Source of the DNA: Paraphysomonas bandaiensis
Lineage: Eukaryota; Protista; Chrysophyceae
Direction: 5' to 3'
Assembly: GCA_965644295.1 (NCBI GenBank)
Contig: CBFFRP010000655.1
Location: 18,792 to 82,791 of the forward strand
DNA length: 64,000 bases
The notes beneath the pieces were generated by a model that was given only the letters and a program-made list of their open reading frames with translations, ran no database searches and was not told where the DNA came from. Made by a program: the position numbers and the translations under genes. Positions within the stretch are counted from its first letter, which is position 1. Each line of letters opens with the position of its first letter. Shown in pieces: positions 39,817 through 52,347 of this stretch.

Positions 39817-40870
39817 TTAGTTGCAGTTTTCTCGTTTCCGACTAGAACACTGTGCGGAGGATACTCACTGTGCTAGTTGGTGAGAATGGTAAAACTTTTG
39901 ATTTGTCATTGAAGTAACTGCACGTCGTCTACAACAGTGCTCTGATAACGAAGGCCAGTGTGGGCTACTTAGTGTGCTAGAGTTATAATGCTTAAGTTCA
40001 TTTTCATCGCTTATATGTATTGTATAACCGATAAACTAATAATAGATCGACTCCAACCTATTCCTACGTACGTACTTGTAGCTTGTTGATGTGTATCGCT
40101 AGTAGCTGTCCTGTATTCTGTGTTGAATCGAAATACAGAATCTACAAAACTACAGCAACAGGAATAATATACGCAAAGCAACTGAAAATAAAGTAGCTCT
40201 TAAAAGTTAAATATAGACTTATAGAGAAATATATTGGAGTTGGTAATAGATATTTTGCTATATTCACACTACTACAACGCCACTACGCCACACGTACAAT
40301 CTCTCCAAATATATATTTCAGTGATTCACAGTGTGTTATAACTAATAACTAACAAAACCGAACTCAAATCGCCTATTAATATGTTACTGATATTGAGCTG
40401 CCTGGAGTGTGTGATTTTGATACTAAAGTAGCAACAGTTTACCACAGGGCTATAACTGCATATATACATTGGTGTAAACACTGTCTAGTAGATTATGGTT
40501 TTTCGTTGCAACTCTGTGGTTACGACATAAGCAAGTACTACTTTTACCGAGTACTTCACACATATATATACATTATTGACATCACTTTGAGGACCTTGAA
40601 GAATTAACTATACTTTATTGAAGAAACACTTTATATATATGTTAAATACTATTCATCAATGCATATTATCGTACTAAACTGACGTTATATCTGCTAATAG
40701 TGCTAACTGAAGAAATCACTTGTCGCAGTTTTCCCATCAAAACTATACATATTTATGTATACACTCGTCCTTGTGACTAGCCTTCGGCTGCACAGAGAAA
40801 ATAGTTGTAGATATTACTGATGATATTTCGGAGATGGAAATGTCAAAAGGTGAAAAACTACTTGTATCTT

Positions 40871-43800
40871 TTAAGATTCACACTCCTCTACCGCCCCAGG
40901 ATCAAAGCCTTCCCCAAGTGTGTGCAGACATGAAGAATAGCAGGATAATCCATCATTACCAAATACATGGAGATATTCGAGAGATGTCATATTGCACAGC
41001 GAATCGGGAAGAGATCCAGTAAAATGGTTGGAAGAAAATAGAATGTGTTTGAGTTGAGTCAACCCGCTAAGTGAAGATGAAATAGACCCAGAGAGAGAGT
41101 TACTGGATAAACTGATGTACTCAAGTGATGAAATACGATCCAAAGTAGAGGGTAGACTGCCAGTTAAAGAGTTGCTATACAGTCCTAAGAATTTCAACGC
41201 CTGCAGTCTTCCGATTTCATCTGGTATACTTCCAGTAAAAGCATTTACACCGAGATTGATATAAGCGGCGCCTGATAGACTACCAATTCTGGAGGGGATG
41301 GTGGAAGAAAATAAATTTAATGAAAGATCAAGGTGAGAGAGAAACTGCAGAGACCAAACTTCTTCCGGAATGGGACCCGAAAGGTAGTTGTTTGACATGT
41401 CCAAGAATGTTAAATTCTTCAATCCACCTATTGTGGGTCGTAGCTGACCGCTCAACCCAAACCCTTTAGTATTAATACCGTTGACGTCAACAGTATACTC
41501 ATCACTGCCGATATTACGGTGAAAGCTACAATTTACACCCGTCCAGAAGCATACATGTATGTCAGGTATCCCGAATGTACAGCTCCAGCCAGTAAGATTC
41601 ACAGACTCATGTTGGCCAGAAGGAAGATTATACAATGCCAAATCACATAACGCCATCTCAGTAGCAGAAATATTCTGCATATTATTCACTAGAGAAGGCA
41701 ACAGAGAAGGCGTACACGTGGGCACTACTGTTGGAGATACAGTAGGAGCATTAGTGGGAACTACTGTTGGACTCACTGTGGGCAATGATGTTGGAGATAC
41801 AGTAGGAGCATTAGTGGGAACTACTGTTGGACTCACTGTGGGCAATGATGTTGGAGATACAGTTGGAGCATCCGTGGGAACCACTGTTGGACTCACTGTG
41901 GGCAATGATGTTGGAGATACAGTTGGAGCATCCGTGGGAACTACTGTTGGACTCACTGTGGGCAATGATGTTGGAGATACAGTAGGAGCATCCGTGGGAA
42001 CTACTGTTGGACTCACTGTGGGTGCGGATGTTGGAGATACAGTAGGAGCATCCGTGGGAACTACTGTTGGACTCACTGTGGGCAATGATGTTGGAGATAC
42101 AGTAGGAGCATTAGTGGGAACTACTGTTGGACTCACTGTGGGTGCGGATGTTGGAGATACAGTAGGAGCATTAGTGGGAACCACTGTTGGACTCACTGTG
42201 GGAAATGATGTTGGAGATACAGTAGGAGCATCCGTGGGAACTACTGTTGGACTCACTGTGGGCAATGATGTTGGAGATACAGTAGGAGCTTTAGTGGGAA
42301 CCACTGTTGGACTCACTGTGGGTGCGGATGTAGGAGCATGCGTGGGAACTACTGTTGGACTCACTGTGGGCAATGATGTTGGAGATACAGTAGGAGCATC
42401 CGTGGGAACTATTGTTGGACTCACTGTGGGTGCGGATGTTGGAGATACAGTAGGAGCATCCGTGGGAACTACTGTTGGACTCACTGTGGGCAATGATGTT
42501 GGAGATACAGTAGGAGCATTAGTGGGAACTACTGTTGGACTCACTGTGGGCAATGATGTTGGAGATACAGTAGGAGCATCCGTGGGAACCACTGTTGGAC
42601 TCACTGTGGGCAATGATGTTGGAGATACAGTAGGAGCATCCGTGGGAACTACTGTTGGACTCACTGTGGGCAATGATGTTGGAGATACAGTAGGAGCATT
42701 AGTGGGAACCACTGTTGGACTCACTGTGGGTGCGGATGTAGGAGCATGCGTGGGAACTACTGTTGGACTCACTGTGGGTGCGGATGTTGGAGATACAGTA
42801 GGAGCATCCGTGGGAACTATTGTTGGACTCACTGTGGGTGCGGATGTTGGAGATACAGTAGGAGCATTAGTGGGAACTACTGTTGGACTCACTGTGGGCA
42901 ATGATGTTGGAGATACAGTAGGAGCATTAGTGGGAACCACTGTTGGACTCACTGTGGGAAATGATGTTGGAGATACAGTAGGAGCATCCGTGGGAACTAC
43001 TGTTGGACTCACTGTGGGCAATGATGTTGGAGATACAGTAGGAGCATTAGTGGGAACCACTGTTGGACTCACTGTGGGTGCGGATGTAGGAGCATGCGTG
43101 GGAACTACTGTTGGACTCACTGTGGGCAATGATGTTGGAGATACAGTAGGAGCATCCGTGGGAACTATTGTTGGACTCACTGTGGGTGCGGATGTTGGAG
43201 ATACAGTAGGAGCATTAGTGGGAACTACTGTTGGACTCACTGTGGGCAATGATGTTGGAGATACAGTAGGAGCATTAGTGGGAACTACTGTTGGACTCAC
43301 TGTGGGCAATGATGTTGGAGATACAGTAGGAGCATCCGTGGGAACCACTGTTGGACTCACTGTGGGTGCGGATGTTGGAGATACAGTAGGAGCATCCGTG
43401 GGAACCACTGTTGGACTCACTGTGGGTGCGGATGTTGGAGATACAGTAGGAGCATCCGTGGGAACCACTGTTGGACTCACTGTGGGCAATGATGTTGGAG
43501 ATACAGTAGGAGCATCCGTGGGAACTACTGTTGGACTCACTGTGGGCAATGATGTTGGAGATACAGTAGGAGCATCCGTGGGAACTATTGTTGGACTCAC
43601 TGTGGGTGCGGATGTTGGAGATACAGTAGGAGCTTTAGTGGGAACTACTGTTGGACTCACTGTGGGCAATGATGTTGGAGATACAGTAGGAGCATTAGTG
43701 GGAACCACTGTTGGACTCACTGTGGGAAATGATGTTGGAGATACAGTAGGAGCATCCGTGGGAACTACTGTTGGACTCACTGTGGGCAATGATGTTGGAG

Positions 43801-46800
43801 ATACAGTAGGAGCATTAGTGGGAACTACTGTTGGACTCACTGTGGGTGCGGATGTAGGAGCATGCGTGGGAACTACTGTTGGACTCACTGTGGGCAATGA
43901 TGTTGGAGATACAGTAGGAGCATCCGTGGGAACTATTGTTGGACTCACTGTGGGTGCGGATGTTGGAGATACAGTAGGAGCATCCGTGGGAACCACTGTT
44001 GGACTCACTGTGGGTGCGGATGTTGGAGATACAGTAGGAGCATCCGTGGGAACCACTGTTGGACTCACTGTGGGCAATGATGTTGGAGATACAGTAGGAG
44101 CATCCGTGGGAACTACTGTTGGACTCACTGTGGGCAATGATGTTGGAGATACAGTAGGAGCATCCGTGGGAACTACTGTTGGACTCACTGTGGGCAATGA
44201 TGTTGGAGATACAGTAGGAGCATCCGTGGGAACTACTGTTGGACTCACTGTGGGCAATGATGTTGGAGATACAGTAGGAGCATCCGTGGGAACTATTGTT
44301 GGACTCACTGTGGGTGCGGATGTTGGAGATACAGTAGGAACATCCGTGGGAACTACTGTTGGACTCACTGTGGGCAATGATGTTGGAGATACAGTAGGAG
44401 CATCCGTGGGAACTACTGTTGGACTCACTGTGGGTGCGGATGTTGGAGATACAGTAGGAGCATCCGTGGGAACTACTGTTGGACTCACTGTGGGCAATGA
44501 TGTTGGAGATACAGTAGGAGCATTAGTGGGAACCACTGTTGGACTCACTGTGGGAAATGATGTTGGAGATACAGTAGGAGCATCCGTGGGAACTACTGTT
44601 GGACTCACTGTGGGCAATGATGTTGGAGATACAGTAGGAGCATTAGTGGGAACCACTGTTGGACTCACTGTGGGTGCGGATGTAGGAGCATGCGTGGGAA
44701 CTACTGTTGGACTCACTGTGGGCAATGATGTTGGAGATACAGTAGGAGCATCCGTGGGAACTATTGTTGGACTCACTGTGGGTGCGGATGTTGGAGATAC
44801 AGTAGGAGCATCCGTGGGAACCACTGTTGGACTCACTGTGGGTGCGGATGTTGGAGATACAGTAGGAGCATCCGTGGGAACCACTGTTGGACTCACTGTG
44901 GGTGCGGATGTTGGAGATACAGTAGGAGCATGCGTGGGAACTACTGTTGGACTCACTGTGGGCAATGATGTTGGAGATACAGTAGGAGCATCCGTGGGAA
45001 CCACTGTTGGACTCACTGTGGGTGCGGATGTTGGAGATACAGTAGGAGCATCCGTGGGAACCACTGTTGGACTCACTGTGGGTGCGGATGTTGGAGATAC
45101 AGTAGGAGCATCCGTGGGAACTACTGTTGGACTCACTGTGGGCAATGATGTTGGAGATACAGTAGGAGCATTAGTGGGAACTACTGTTGGACTCACTGTG
45201 GGTGCGGATGTTGGAGATACAGTAGGAGCATCCGTGGGAACCACTGTTGGACTCACTGTGGGCAATGATGTTGGAGATACAGTAGGAGCATCCGTGGGAA
45301 CTACTGTTGGACTCACTGTGGGTGCGGATGTTGGAGATACAGTAGGAGCATTAGTGGGAACTACTGTTGGACTCACTGTGGGCAATGATGTTGGAGATAC
45401 AGTAGGAGCATCCGTGGGAACTACTGTTGGACTCACTGTGGGCAATGATGTTGGAGATACAGTAGGAGCATCCGTGGGAACCACTGTTGGACTCACTGTG
45501 GGCAATGATGTTGGAGATACAGTAGGAGCATCCGTGGGAACTACTGTTGGACTCACTGTGGGTGCGGATGTTGGAGATACAGTAGGAGCATCCGTGGGAA
45601 CCACTGTTGGACTCACTGTGGGCAATGATGTTGGAGATACAGTAGGAGCATCCGTGGGAACTACTGTTGGACTCACTGTGGGTGCGGATGTTGGAGATAC
45701 AGTAGGAGCATTAGTGGGAACTACTGTTGGACTCACTGTGGGCAATGATGTTGGAGATACAGTAGGAGCATCCGTGGGAACTACTGTTGGACTCACTGTG
45801 GGCAATGATGTTGGAGATACAGTAGGAGCATCCGTGGGAACCACTGTTGGACTCACTGTGGGCAATGATGTTGGAGATACAGTAGGAGCATCCGTGGGAA
45901 CCACTGTTGGACTCACTGTGGGCAATGATGTTGGAGATACAGTAGGAGCATCCGTGGGAACCACTGTTGGACTCACTGTGGGTGCGGATGTTGGAGATAC
46001 AGTAGGAGCATCCGTGGGAACTACTGTTGGACTCACTGTGGGTGCGGATGTTGGAGATACGGTAGGAGTTTTAGTGGGAACCACTGTTGGACTCACTGTG
46101 GGCAATGATGTTGGAGATACAGTAGGAGCATCCGTGGGAACCACTGTTGGACTCACTGTGGGTGCGGATGTTGGAGATACAGTAGGAGCATCCGTGGGAA
46201 CTACTGTTGGACTCACTGTGGGTGCGGATGTTGGAGATACAGTAGGAGCATCCGTGGGAACCACTGTTGGACTCACTGTGGGCAATGATGTTGGAGATAC
46301 AGTAGGAGCATTAGTGGGAACTACTGTTGGACTCACTGTGGGTGCGGATGTTGGAGATACAGTAGGAGCATCCGTGGGAACTACTGTTGGACTCACTGTG
46401 GGCAATGATGTTGGAGATACAGTAGGAGCATCCGTGGGAACCACTGTTGGACTCACTGTGGGCAATGATGTTGGAGATACAGTAGGAGCATCCGTGGGAA
46501 CCATTGTTGGACTCACTGTGGGTGCGGATGTTGGAGATACAGTAGGAGCATCCGTGGGAACCACTGTTGGACTCACTGTGGGTGCGGATGTTGGAGATAC
46601 AGTAGGAGCATCCGTGGGAACTACTGTTGGACTCACTGTGGGTGCAGATGTTGGAGATACAGTAGGAGCATCCGTGGGAACTACTGTTGGACTCACTGTG
46701 GGCAATGATGTTGGAGATACAGTAGGAGCATCCGTGGGAACTACTGTTGGACTCACTGTGGGCAATGATGTTGGAGATACAGTAGGAGCATCCGTGGGAA

Positions 46801-48740
46801 CTACTGTTGGACTCACTGTGGGTGCGGATGTTGGAGATACAGTAGGAGCATCCGTGGGAACTACTGTTGGACTCACTGTGGGTGCGGATGTTGGAGATAC
46901 AGTAGGAGCATCCGTGGGAACCACTGTTGGACTCACTGTGGGCAATGATGTTGGAGATACAGTAGGAGCATTAGTGGGAACTACTGTTGGACTCACTGTG
47001 GGCAATGATGTTGGAGATACAGTAGGAGCATCCGTGGGAACTACTGTTGGACTCACTGTGGGAAATGATGTTGGAGATACAGTAGGAGCATCCGTGGGAA
47101 CCACTGTTGGACTCACTGTGGGCAATGATGTTGGAGATACAGTAGGAGCATCCGTGGGAACTACTGTTGGACTCACTGTGGGAAATGATGTTGGAGATAC
47201 AGTAGGAGCATCCGTGGGAACCACTGTTGGACTCACTGTGGGTGCGGATGTTGGAGATACAGTAGGAGCATCCGTGGGAACCACTGTTGGACTCACTGTG
47301 GGTGCGAATGTTGGAGATACAGTAGGAGCATCCGTGGGAACTACTGTTGGACTCACTGTGGGCAATGATGTTGGAGATACAGTAGGAGCATCCGTGGGAA
47401 CTACTGTTGGACTCACTGTGGGTGCGGATGTTGGAGATACAGTAGGAGCATCCGTGGGAACCACTGTTGGACTCACTGTGGGCAATGCTGTTGGAGATAC
47501 AGTAGGAGCATTAGTGGGAACCACTGTTGGACTCACTGTGGGCAATGATGTTGGAGATACAGTAGGAGCATCCGTGGGAACTACTGTTGGACTCACTGTG
47601 GGCAATGATGTTGGAGATACAGTAGGAGCATCCGTGGGAACTACTGTTGGACTCACTGTGGGCAATGATGTTGGAGATACAGTAGGAGCATCCGTGGGAA
47701 CTACTGTTGGACTCACTGTGGGTGCGGATGTTGGAGATACAGTAGGAGCATCCGCGGGAACTACTGTTGGACTCACTGTGGGCAATGATGTTGGAGATAC
47801 AGTAGGAGCATTAGTGGGAACTACTGTTGGACTCACTGTGGGTGCGGATGTTGGAGATACGGTAGGAGTATCCGTGGGAACCACTGTTGGACTCACTGTG
47901 GGTGCGGATGTTGGAGATACAGTAGGAGTTTTAGTGGGAACCACTGTTGGACTCACTGTGGGCAATGATGTTGGAGATACAGTAGGAGCATCCGTGGGAA
48001 CTACTGTTGGACTCACTGTGGGTGCGGATGTTGGAGATACAGTAGGAGCATCCGTGGGAACCACTGTTGGACTCACTGTGGGAAATGATGTTGGAGATAC
48101 AGTAGGAGCATCCGTGGGAACCACTGTTGGACTCACTGTGGGCAATGATGTTGGAGATACAGTAGGAGCATTAGTGGGAACTACTGTTGGACTCACTGTG
48201 GGTGCGAATGTTGGAGTGGTTGCTGGATGTCTCGTTTTGTCCGAGTTTAGTTTTTGACACAAGAAGTTTCCATTCGACTGGCATGGGTATGTTTTCCATG
48301 TTCCATCTGCTCTCATTCGGCCACATTGCATTTGGTTTCCCTTTTTAGGTTCTTGATTTCCCCAATTAGTATAGCTCGTTGAGCTAGTTATATTATTTTC
48401 AACCCATCCCCATTTGTCATCAGTCTTGTGCATACCTATCCAGAATACATGTTGAAAAGCATTGAATATGGCTGAATTCACTTGTTCACTTGGCACTACT
48501 GCTAACCATGCTCCATCTGACTGACACACCATATGTGCACCACTCCATTTTTCTTTCTTGTTTGACGATTCAACGAATTTGTAGCAGTGATTATCACCAG
48601 TGATGGACACGTAGCCATTACTGCACTCAGCATGTGCCTGTCGCATTATCATTATACTACACATATACATTGCATGGGATAGACATTACCTGTATCCACA
48701 TACACAGAAACAAAAAGATAACACTGCATCTATCAGTCAT
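40871..48740 (-). CDS. Secreted ~2,600-aa C-type lectin domain / PT-mucin rod / plant-type LRR protein
   Basis: Exon 1 (48690-48740, MTDRCSVIFLFLCMWIQ) and the 52-nt GT-AG intron 48638-48689 complete a signal peptide ..AHA/EC. Then a CTLD (CYKF..WSGAHMVC..WIG..WGNQEP..C..W..PC..FLC), ~2,160 aa of 20-aa PT repeats, an LRRNT (GWSC..VCFWTGVNC) and ~7 LxxLxLSxNxLSGxIP repeats. Confidence 0.92.
41721..48220. repeat. Coding minisatellite, 60-bp unit (PTVSPTVVPT[D/N]APTVSPTS[L/A]), ~108 units
   Basis: Consecutive 60-nt sequence lines are in register. Five 48-bp deletion units (~42330, 42740, 43085, 43855, 44680) each shift the register by 12 nt. Confidence 0.98.
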
Positions 48741-49264
48741 CTTGTCTTTCAGAGATACTTCACCTTGCTTGGATTACTTATCGACTAGAATCCAAGTATG
48801 GATGTATGTATGAAATTGATGTAATGGTCCCTCTAACGGAACTCTGACTAGTCCTTATAATAGACTTCAATCTACTGTATTATACCACCCTTATATGTTC
48901 TGAAGACACTTCATTGCTGCACTTCATCTGGAACGAACTTCTTCAGATCTAAAAGTTGATCTCAACCACTTCATATGAGAGTTCGATAAAGGGAAAAACC
49001 CCAACCAACGGAAAGGACTGTATTCTATATGTATTTAATGTATTCCTAAGCAACAATGTATAGTAAAGTGCTGTACACGTGTCCCGTATACAGTGGACAC
49101 TGTACGGTGTACATGAATTCTGGTATTGGAATTTTGGCACAACTTGTTCTGCTAATATCAGTTGGAAGAAGCCGTTGTGGACACAAGATAGAATTCACAC
49201 TATACAACTATCATATCACTTCGAGAAAGAGTAATAGTATTCCTTCATCCACTGCCAAACCATC

Positions 49265-49894
49265 ATGAAGTGTACATTGGAAATGGAGCTTATCATGGGG
49301 TTGTCGACCTTAATTCTAACAACAGGGACGTGTATTCCTGGGGATGAGTCATACTGCTCATTCAAGGGGTACTGTATGAGAGATGGACATACTTGTAAGT
49401 GCTATGATCCTGATCACTACTACCCTGCGGACCTGTGCAAGCACTACATCCCAGAAACTGAATCCCCAAGTGCAGCACCAGGTAGGAACGACGATTCCCA
49501 ACATGTTTATACGTATAATGATCGATGTATTGCAGCATTTGATCCTTCCACTTTAAATCTGGTATCTTCCTCATCTACTCCAATTGACACTACGGTGTAT
49601 ATCAGTATGGGTAGTATTTTGCTTGGGACTGTTTGCTGTATCTGCTGTGCACTGGGAATCAATCGCATTGTCCAGAGTGCCCAAAAGAAGTTGAAGTCTA
49701 GTGTGCGTCTTTCAGCACTACCGACTTTGGGAGAGGTCTATCGACAGCCTTTAACTCTTAAAGAACTGGGTAATCCACAACGAGAGCGCGAAAAGCCTCT
49801 TACACTCAAGCAACTTGGACCTTACGTCCAACCAAAAACACAAGAGAATCACAGGATAACTTGGTATGACATTGGACGAACGTCTATACCATAA
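49265..49894 (+). CDS. Small type-I membrane protein with one EGF-like domain, intronless
   Basis: Hydrophobic N-terminus; CIPGDESYCSFKGYCMRDGHTCKCYDPDHYYPADLC (6-Cys EGF spacing); TM VYISMGSILLGTVCCICCALGI; cytoplasmic tail with duplicated PLTLK(E/Q)LG. Confidence 0.75.
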   Translation: MKCTLEMELIMGLSTLILTTGTCIPGDESYCSFKGYCMRDGHTCKCYDPDHYYPADLCKHYIPETESPSAAPGRNDDSQHVYTYNDRCIAAFDPSTLNLVSSSSTPIDTTVYISMGSILLGTVCCICCALGINRIVQSAQKKLKSSVRLSALPTLGEVYRQPLTLKELGNPQREREKPLTLKQLGPYVQPKTQENHRITWYDIGRTSIP

Positions 49895-51155
49895 TGTCAC
49901 AACTGTGTCAAAGTTGTATCCGAAATACCTGCTGCAGGTGTCAATTACGTTTTATTATAGAATATTATTAATTCCTTTTGTACTGTCTGAAACTCATGCC
50001 AGTATTATGATTCGAAATTAATTACATGGCGGGCCGTGAAAAATCGGCACAGATTATCATGTTGCAATACTTATGCACATAGTTTTGAAGCATTTTTAGT
50101 GTATAAACTAGAATTTATCTTACTGAAATAACATTTCTTCTAACACTTCGGTACAATATATACAAAATAAGAATAATATATATATGAATTTTACTATAAT
50201 CTATATTGGACACGAGGCACTTCATACATTCGTACAAATGCTCCAGTAGTGTAGATGAAAAAATATACATATTTGTAAACTACGCTCATCTAACTTCTGC
50301 ATCACAGTCATTCAGAACTAGTATTTGGCAAATTGTATAATCCGTCTCTTAGTTTCAGAATGAACATCTTTGAACACATTAAAGATCCTATAGTAAGTTT
50401 GAACCTCTACTAGCTACATGAAATTTGAACCGCTTTTGATTATATGTAGTAACTACTGCACACACACCAATTATATCCTACTAGCATCTAATTGATATAT
50501 TATGTGAAATATTAATCTATATGTTGTGTTTTGCTGTTTGAGCAATTAAAAGCTGTAATTCTAAGATATTGGAATTATGACGGTTACTGGAGAATACAGT
50601 AGTGGTTAACTGTATTATGAGAAGTGATATCATGACGACGTAAGATCGTACTAGAAATGAGTGGTAGTAGAGATAGCGTGATATATTGCTTATTATTTTT
50701 TTTTAATCTTCTCTCATATTAACTTCATTCATGAGTGAATACTCGTCCAGTTAACTTAGTAAATCATCCAATCGTGTCATAACTTGACACTATATACTCT
50801 TTACTTGTAGGAAAACAGTACGAAACAGAAGAAATGTGGTACATTGCAATTTAACGGATGTTTAATTCGATGGTAACAAATTAGCGACAAGAAGACTTTA
50901 AAAATTTAGCCACTCTGTTTTATTGTAATAATAAAAGTATGTAGCAATGCAGTGTGGGTGTGTTGCCTGAGGCAGTTTTCAGCAATAAAAACTCTTGTAT
51001 TAATACTTTACGATACATATCAAAATCATATGACACTGTAGAAAAGTACGTACGAGATGACTTACCAAATATGAACTACTTTGAGCTTAGTCATCTCGAA
51101 AAAGTTGTTCTATATAAAATATGCTATAATACAATGTCACTGTATATGTCATCTC

Positions 51156-51608
51156 TCACTCGTGTGCTTTCGGAGGTGAAGATATAGAGGTACTGCCGTC
51201 AAGTATATCTGATGGAGCACTAACGTAAAGTGGGGTAAACGACTTCCTGAGTACATCCTCCGAGCCTGCTCGACTTCTACCACCATCAGAGTCACTGGGC
51301 ATTACGCTATTCGTACTACGGGTAATTTCACGTCGGCTATTGGGTACGGCGAAAAACATATCTCCATTAGCACAACTGTTTTTATCACTCGGAGAAATCG
51401 AGTAATACTCCACCCTGGCGTTAAGATCTGACCCTCCAGGCAATGTATTCGGAAGGTATACAAAAGCAGTGCCAGTGTGAAGCTCATTCTTAGGGCCAGG
51501 ATTGACAACGAACTGTCCTTGGGGTGCTCCAGAAATTACAGAGGGTGAAGTACTTTGAGTTGAATGACATTGGTCAGGATTAGCATGAAGGGATGGAGAA
51601 GAACCCAT
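51156..51608 (-). CDS. Hypothetical protein with N-myristoylation-type start (MGSSPS)
   Basis: 150-aa ORF, GC-richer than its AT-rich flanks, with an MGxxxS start. No family recognised. Confidence 0.55.
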   Translation of the reverse strand: MGSSPSLHANPDQCHSTQSTSPSVISGAPQGQFVVNPGPKNELHTGTAFVYLPNTLPGGSDLNARVEYYSISPSDKNSCANGDMFFAVPNSRREITRSTNSVMPSDSDGGRSRAGSEDVLRKSFTPLYVSAPSDILDGSTSISSPPKAHE

Positions 51609-52347
51609 ATCTAAACAGAGATCGTACAGTGAAGTTTCGAAGTATCGTATACGTACAGCCGCTCAGAATTTCTACGACATACTACCACGTAAAACTAGGA
51701 ACTTAAAGATGAAAATTAGACAGGCGGCTGTTCGGCGTAGATAGTGAAGTGTATTAACTCTCTGGTATCAACAGAAAAGCTTGACTTGTTTCATAGTGAT
51801 GTTTGTCAACACTATGGGAACTATTGGCGACCTTTTTTCAAGGACCATCTATGGTCGTATTCCAAGGTCGCGTATTGTAGAAGATGTACGGGAATACTGC
51901 TGGTATAGCTAAACGGGCGTCTGCCCATTTCCATTTGACGTCACGTACAGGAGTATACCGCCGTATATCGCGAATGTATGGATGGGGCTGTACTAGAAAG
52001 ATGCAAACTGAAAACTGAAAACTGAAACTGAAACTCTTCCCACAAAAAGATTTATGGGAGGGTTTTATTAACTGACGTACGAACACTTTGTATATGTAAA
52101 AAAGGCCGAGGGATGTGGTGGATGCCTGCAAAAATTTTAGTATTCGACAAAACTAATACGACTCTTCGTGACGTATCAATTTGAGGTTGATGATTCCATA
52201 TGCATCTGGCTAAAAAGTATTAATATATATATGCAACAATTGGTATAGTGAAGTAATGCCGAGAACTTTTGTCAATGCAATGAAACACAACTAGATCCCA
52301 TAATAATTTTGTTTCTTCGTGTTGATTGTGCAATACTCAACACTAGA

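Noticed and set aside
41721-48220. Regular array that might be taken for CRISPR
   Set aside because: No unique spacers: the units are contiguous, in frame and inside a eukaryotic CDS.
41559-48257. 2,232-aa plus-strand ORF (VGTTVGLTVG...)
   Set aside because: Antisense shadow of the PT minisatellite. The minus strand carries the signal peptide, CTLD and LRR domains.
52005-52035. (AAACTG)-like short tandem repeat upstream of the giant gene
   Set aside because: About five imperfect units, which could be simple slippage. No support for a regulatory role.
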